A stretch of DNA of 32,000 bases from Longivirga aurantiaca (GTDB lineage: Bacteria; Actinomycetota; Actinomycetes; S36-B12; CAIYMF01). The stretch is taken from NCBI RefSeq assembly GCF_042660085.1, contig NZ_JBHSTI010000008.1, positions 1,329,876-1,361,875 of the forward strand. The letters run 5' to 3'. The position numbers and the translations under genes are program-made. The notes under the pieces are model-generated. The model was given only the letters and a program-made list of their open reading frames with translations. It ran no database searches and was not told the DNA's origin. Below, one piece after another: positions 28,833-32,000 of the stretch; positions within the stretch are counted from its first letter, which is position 1; every line of letters begins with the position of its first letter.

Positions 28833-30059
28833 GTGTCGCTCGCAGGAGCCACGCAGGACGAGGTGCGTCGCCACAACCTGGCCGCGCTCGCCCGGTTCCT
28901 GCACGACCACGGGTCGACCTCCCGCTCCGAGCTCGTCAGCCACACGGGGCTCAACCGCAGCACGGTCGGCGGACTGATCGCCGACCTCGTGTCGTCGGGC
29001 CTGGTCCGGGAGACCGAGCCGGTCGGTCGCGGCGTCGGCCGGCCGTCGTACGGCGTCGAGCCGGTCCGCGAGCGCGCGTACGTCCTGGCCATCGACCTCC
29101 GGGTCGACCGGGCGATCGTCGCGCTCGTCGGCTTCGGCGGCGACGTCCTGCACCGTCGCGAGCACGCGTTCCGGAAGGGGCAGCAGCGCGAGGACCGCAT
29201 CGTGCGCGAGACGGTCCAGGTCTGCCACGAGGCGCTCGCGGCCGCACCGCAGCACTCCGTGCTCGTGGGCGTCGGCGTCGGCGTGCCTGGTCTCGTGCGC
29301 CAGCCCGACGGTCTCGTGCGGTTCGCGCCCAACCTCGGCTGGGTGGACGTGCCGCTCGGAGACCTCGTGGCCGATGCGCTCGGCCTGTCCGTCCCGGTCG
29401 TCATCGGCAACGACTCCGACCTCGGTGCCGTCGCCGAGCGCCAGCGGGGCAGCGCCGTCGGCGCCTCCAACGTGATCTACCTGTCCGGCCAGGTCGGCGT
29501 CGGCGGTGGCATCGTGATCGACGGCCGCCTGCTCATGGGCGCGCAGGGCTACGGCGGCGAGATCGGCCACATGCGCGTGAACCCCCGTGGCCGTGGCTGC
29601 CGGTGCGGTGCGATCGGCTGCTGGGAGACCGAGATCGGCGAGCCCGCCGTCGCGCTGTCCGCAGGGTCGCCCGAAGGAACCTCGGTCGCGCAAATCATCG
29701 AGGCCGCCGCGGCAGGCGACAAGGACGCCCGGAAGGGTCTGCGCACGGTGGGCGGCTGGCTCGGCGTGGGCGTCGCCAACCTCGTGAACATCTTCAACCC
29801 CGACGTCATCGTGTTCGGAGGCTCGCTGCGGGAGATCCTCCCCGCGACCCGCGACGCGGTGGACGCCGCGGTCGAGGGCGCCCTGGCCGCGCCGGCCGAG
29901 CACGTCGTGCTCGCGCTCCCCGCGCTCGGCGACGACTCCACGCTGCTCGGCGCCGCCGAGTCCGCGTTCGCCGCCCTCCTGGACGACCCGATGGGTGTCG
30001 TGGCCGGGGGAGTGCACCGGGAGAGCCGGGGTCTTGCGGATGTCGTCTCAGGCCGCTGA
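28833..30059 (+). CDS. ROK family transcriptional regulator (XylR/Rok7B7-like)
   Basis: GTG at 28833 with a GAGGGAGG RBS. An N-terminal winged-helix region (RRHNLAALARFLHDHGSTSRSELVSHTGLNRSTV), a ROK sugar-kinase-like core, and the zinc motif CRCGAIGCWE. Confidence 0.9.
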   Translation: MSLAGATQDEVRRHNLAALARFLHDHGSTSRSELVSHTGLNRSTVGGLIADLVSSGLVRETEPVGRGVGRPSYGVEPVRERAYVLAIDLRVDRAIVALVGFGGDVLHRREHAFRKGQQREDRIVRETVQVCHEALAAAPQHSVLVGVGVGVPGLVRQPDGLVRFAPNLGWVDVPLGDLVADALGLSVPVVIGNDSDLGAVAERQRGSAVGASNVIYLSGQVGVGGGIVIDGRLLMGAQGYGGEIGHMRVNPRGRGCRCGAIGCWETEIGEPAVALSAGSPEGTSVAQIIEAAAAGDKDARKGLRTVGGWLGVGVANLVNIFNPDVIVFGGSLREILPATRDAVDAAVEGALAAPAEHVVLALPALGDDSTLLGAAESAFAALLDDPMGVVAGGVHRESRGLADVVSGR

Positions 30060-30129
30060 GGGTGACGATCGCGACACGGACACCGGCGGTCGGGAGGCCG
30101 GGAAGGCCCGCCTTCCCTAGACTCGGGCC

Positions 30130-32000
30130 ATGAGCCTCCTGCCCCGGATCGGGTCGCCGGACGATCTGCGGGCGCTGCCCGCAGAGGTCCTCCCCGACCT
30201 CGCGGCCGAGATCCGTGCGGCGCTCGTCGAGAAGGTCACCCGCACCGGCGGGCACCTCGGACCCAACCTGGGCGTGGTCGAGCTCACGATCGCGCTGCAC
30301 CGCGTGTTCCGGTCGCCGCAGGACGTGCTCGTCTTCGACACGGGCCACCAGTCGTACGTGCACAAGATGCTCACCGGGCGGCTCGCGGACTTCGACGACC
30401 TGCGCCAGGGCGGCGGCCTCTCCGGGTATCCCAGCCGGGCGGAGTCCGAGCACGACGTCGTGGAGAACTCGCACGCCTCGACCGCGCTGTCGTGGGCGGA
30501 CGGCATCGCGAAGGGCTTCGAGCAGACAGGGGAGCTCGAGGCCCGGCACGTCGTCGGGATCATCGGGGACGGCGCTCTCACGGGCGGTATGGCGTGGGAG
30601 GCCCTCAACAACATCGCCGGGGCACCGGACCGCCCGCTCGTCATCGTGGTCAACGACAACGAGCGCTCGTACTCGCCGACCATCGGCGGCCTGGCCCACC
30701 ACCTCGCGACCCTGCGCACCGCCCGCAGCTACGAACGGGTGCTCGACTTCGGCAAGCGGGCGCTCGGCCGCACGCCGGTGCTCGGCCCTCCGATGTACGA
30801 GACCCTGCACGGGATCAAGAAGGGCATCAAGGACGTCGTCGCTCCACAGGGCATGTTCGAGGACCTGGGCCTGAAGTACATCGGCCCCGTGGACGGCCAC
30901 GACATCCCCGCGCTCGAGCACGCGCTCCGTCGCGCGCGCTCGTTCCCCGGCCCGGTCATCGTCCACGTCATCACCGAGAAGGGGCGCGGGTACACCCCGG
31001 CGCTGCAGGACGAGGCCGAGCGGTTCCACGCGGTCGGCATCCTCGACCCCGAGACGGGTCAGCCTCTCGGCACCAAGGGCACCACGTGGACGTCGGTGTT
31101 CTCCTCCGAGCTCGTCGAGATCGGTCGCCGTCGGCCCGACGTCGTGGCGATCACCGCGGCCATGATGGGGCCGACCGGCCTCGACAAGTTCTGCGCCGAG
31201 TTCCCGCACCGCACCTTCGACGTCGGGATCGCCGAGCAGCACGCGGCCACGAGCGCGGCGGGCATGGCGTACGCGGGCGTGCACCCGGTCGTCGCGGTCT
31301 ATGCGACGTTCCTCAACCGGGCGTTCGACCAGGTGCTCATGGACATCGCCCTCCACAAGGCCGGCGTGACGTTCGTGCTCGACCGTGCAGGGGTGACGGG
31401 CGACGACGGCGCGAGCCACAACGGCATGTGGGACATGTCGATCATGGGCGTGGTGCCGGGTGTGCGCGTCGCGGCGCCGCGCGACGCGGCGACCCTGCGC
31501 GAGGAGCTCGGTGAGGCCGTCGAGGTGTCGGACGCCCCCACGGTCGTGCGCTTCCCCAAGGGCGGCGTGGGCGACGACGTACCGGCTCTCGAGCGGGTCG
31601 GCGGCGTCGACGTGCTGCGGCGTGACGACGAGCGCGACGTGCTGCTCGTGTCGGTGGGTGCCTTCGCCCCGCTCTGCCTCGAGGTCGCGGACCGCCTCGC
31701 GGCGCAGGGGATCGGTGTGACGGTCGTCGACCCGCGCTGGGTCGTGCCGGTGCCTGCCGCGCTGATCGGGCTCGCCGCCGAGCACCGCCTGGTGGTGAGC
31801 GTCGAGGACAACAGCCGCGCGGGCGGCATCGGGTCGGGCATCGCCCAGGCGCTGCGCGACGCCGAGGTCGACGTCCCCTTCCGCGACTTCGGCATCGAGC
31901 GCAGGTTCCTCGACCACGGCACGCGGGCGACGGTGCTCGGCGAGCTGGGGCTGACCGCGCAGGACGTCTCGCGCGCCGTGGTGGAGACGGTGGCCCGGCT
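30130..32000 (+). CDS. dxs: 1-deoxy-D-xylulose-5-phosphate synthase (3' end beyond window)
   Basis: My own translation from the ATG at 30130 gives [60 protein letters not shown]...[15 protein letters not shown]. This frame is open to the window end, so it is missing from the ORF track. Confidence 0.95.
   Translation, partial: MSLLPRIGSPDDLRALPAEVLPDLAAEIRAALVEKVTRTGGHLGPNLGVVELTIALHRVFRSPQDVLVFDTGHQSYVHKMLTGRLADFDDLRQGGGLSGYPSRAESEHDVVENSHASTALSWADGIAKGFEQTGELEARHVVGIIGDGALTGGMAWEALNNIAGAPDRPLVIVVNDNERSYSPTIGGLAHHLATLRTARSYERVLDFGKRALGRTPVLGPPMYETLHGIKKGIKDVVAPQGMFEDLGLKYIGPVDGHDIPALEHALRRARSFPGPVIVHVITEKGRGYTPALQDEAERFHAVGILDPETGQPLGTKGTTWTSVFSSELVEIGRRRPDVVAITAAMMGPTGLDKFCAEFPHRTFDVGIAEQHAATSAAGMAYAGVHPVVAVYATFLNRAFDQVLMDIALHKAGVTFVLDRAGVTGDDGASHNGMWDMSIMGVVPGVRVAAPRDAATLREELGEAVEVSDAPTVVRFPKGGVGDDVPALERVGGVDVLRRDDERDVLLVSVGAFAPLCLEVADRLAAQGIGVTVVDPRWVVPVPAALIGLAAEHRLVVSVEDNSRAGGIGSGIAQALRDAEVDVPFRDFGIERRFLDHGTRATVLGELGLTAQDVSRAVVETVAR

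Noticed and set aside
30060-30129. Possible TPP riboswitch upstream of dxs
   Set aside because: There are only 70 nt between the ROK stop and the dxs start. The region holds just a short GGGAAGGC/GCCTTCCC hairpin (30099-30116) and no THI-box-like sequence.
29806-31917. 703-aa ORF antisense to dxs and the ROK gene end
   Set aside because: The dxs frame is unambiguous from my own translation. The antisense product is low-complexity.

Overview
This is a very GC-rich chromosomal window (judged by eye, not computed) with the gene content and order of a core region of a high-GC Gram-positive actinobacterium. I call 33 protein-coding genes and found no rRNA, tRNA, CRISPR array, transposase, integrase or phage gene. 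From 5' to 3': the 3' part of an ADP-forming acyl-CoA synthetase/Pat-like gene, an MFS transporter, a conserved hypothetical, tdk, a rhodanese sulfurtransferase, sepH, a second MFS transporter, ferrochelatase, an inositol monophosphatase family gene, an SDR oxidoreductase and a gamma-carbonic-anhydrase-like gene. Next comes a block around dut rich in domains of unknown function (DUF4193, a 265-aa unknown, DUF4235, DUF3093, hotdog thioesterase, dut, DUF3710, alpha/beta hydrolase, OB-fold protein, DUF3159). After that: two TrkA/RCK genes divergent from a KimA-like APC permease, a TRAM/RumA-type RNA methyltransferase, a VOC protein, aconitase, a small unknown, a xylFGH-like sugar ABC operon with a ROK regulator, and the 5' part of dxs. 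From memory, 10965-21506 matches the order of M. tuberculosis Rv2699c-Rv2689c. I see no convincing evidence for a new defence, mobile or biosynthetic system, and I say so rather than invent one. The points most worth a second look are: (i) the RCK pair facing a KimA-like permease with no TrkH in the window; (ii) a perfect 18-bp AT-rich palindrome in front of acn; (iii) the uncharacterised conserved DUF block around dut; (iv) TGTT/AACA repeats in the low-GC xylF leader; (v) a single-NBD XylG. The many very long ORFs in other frames are GC-driven artefacts.
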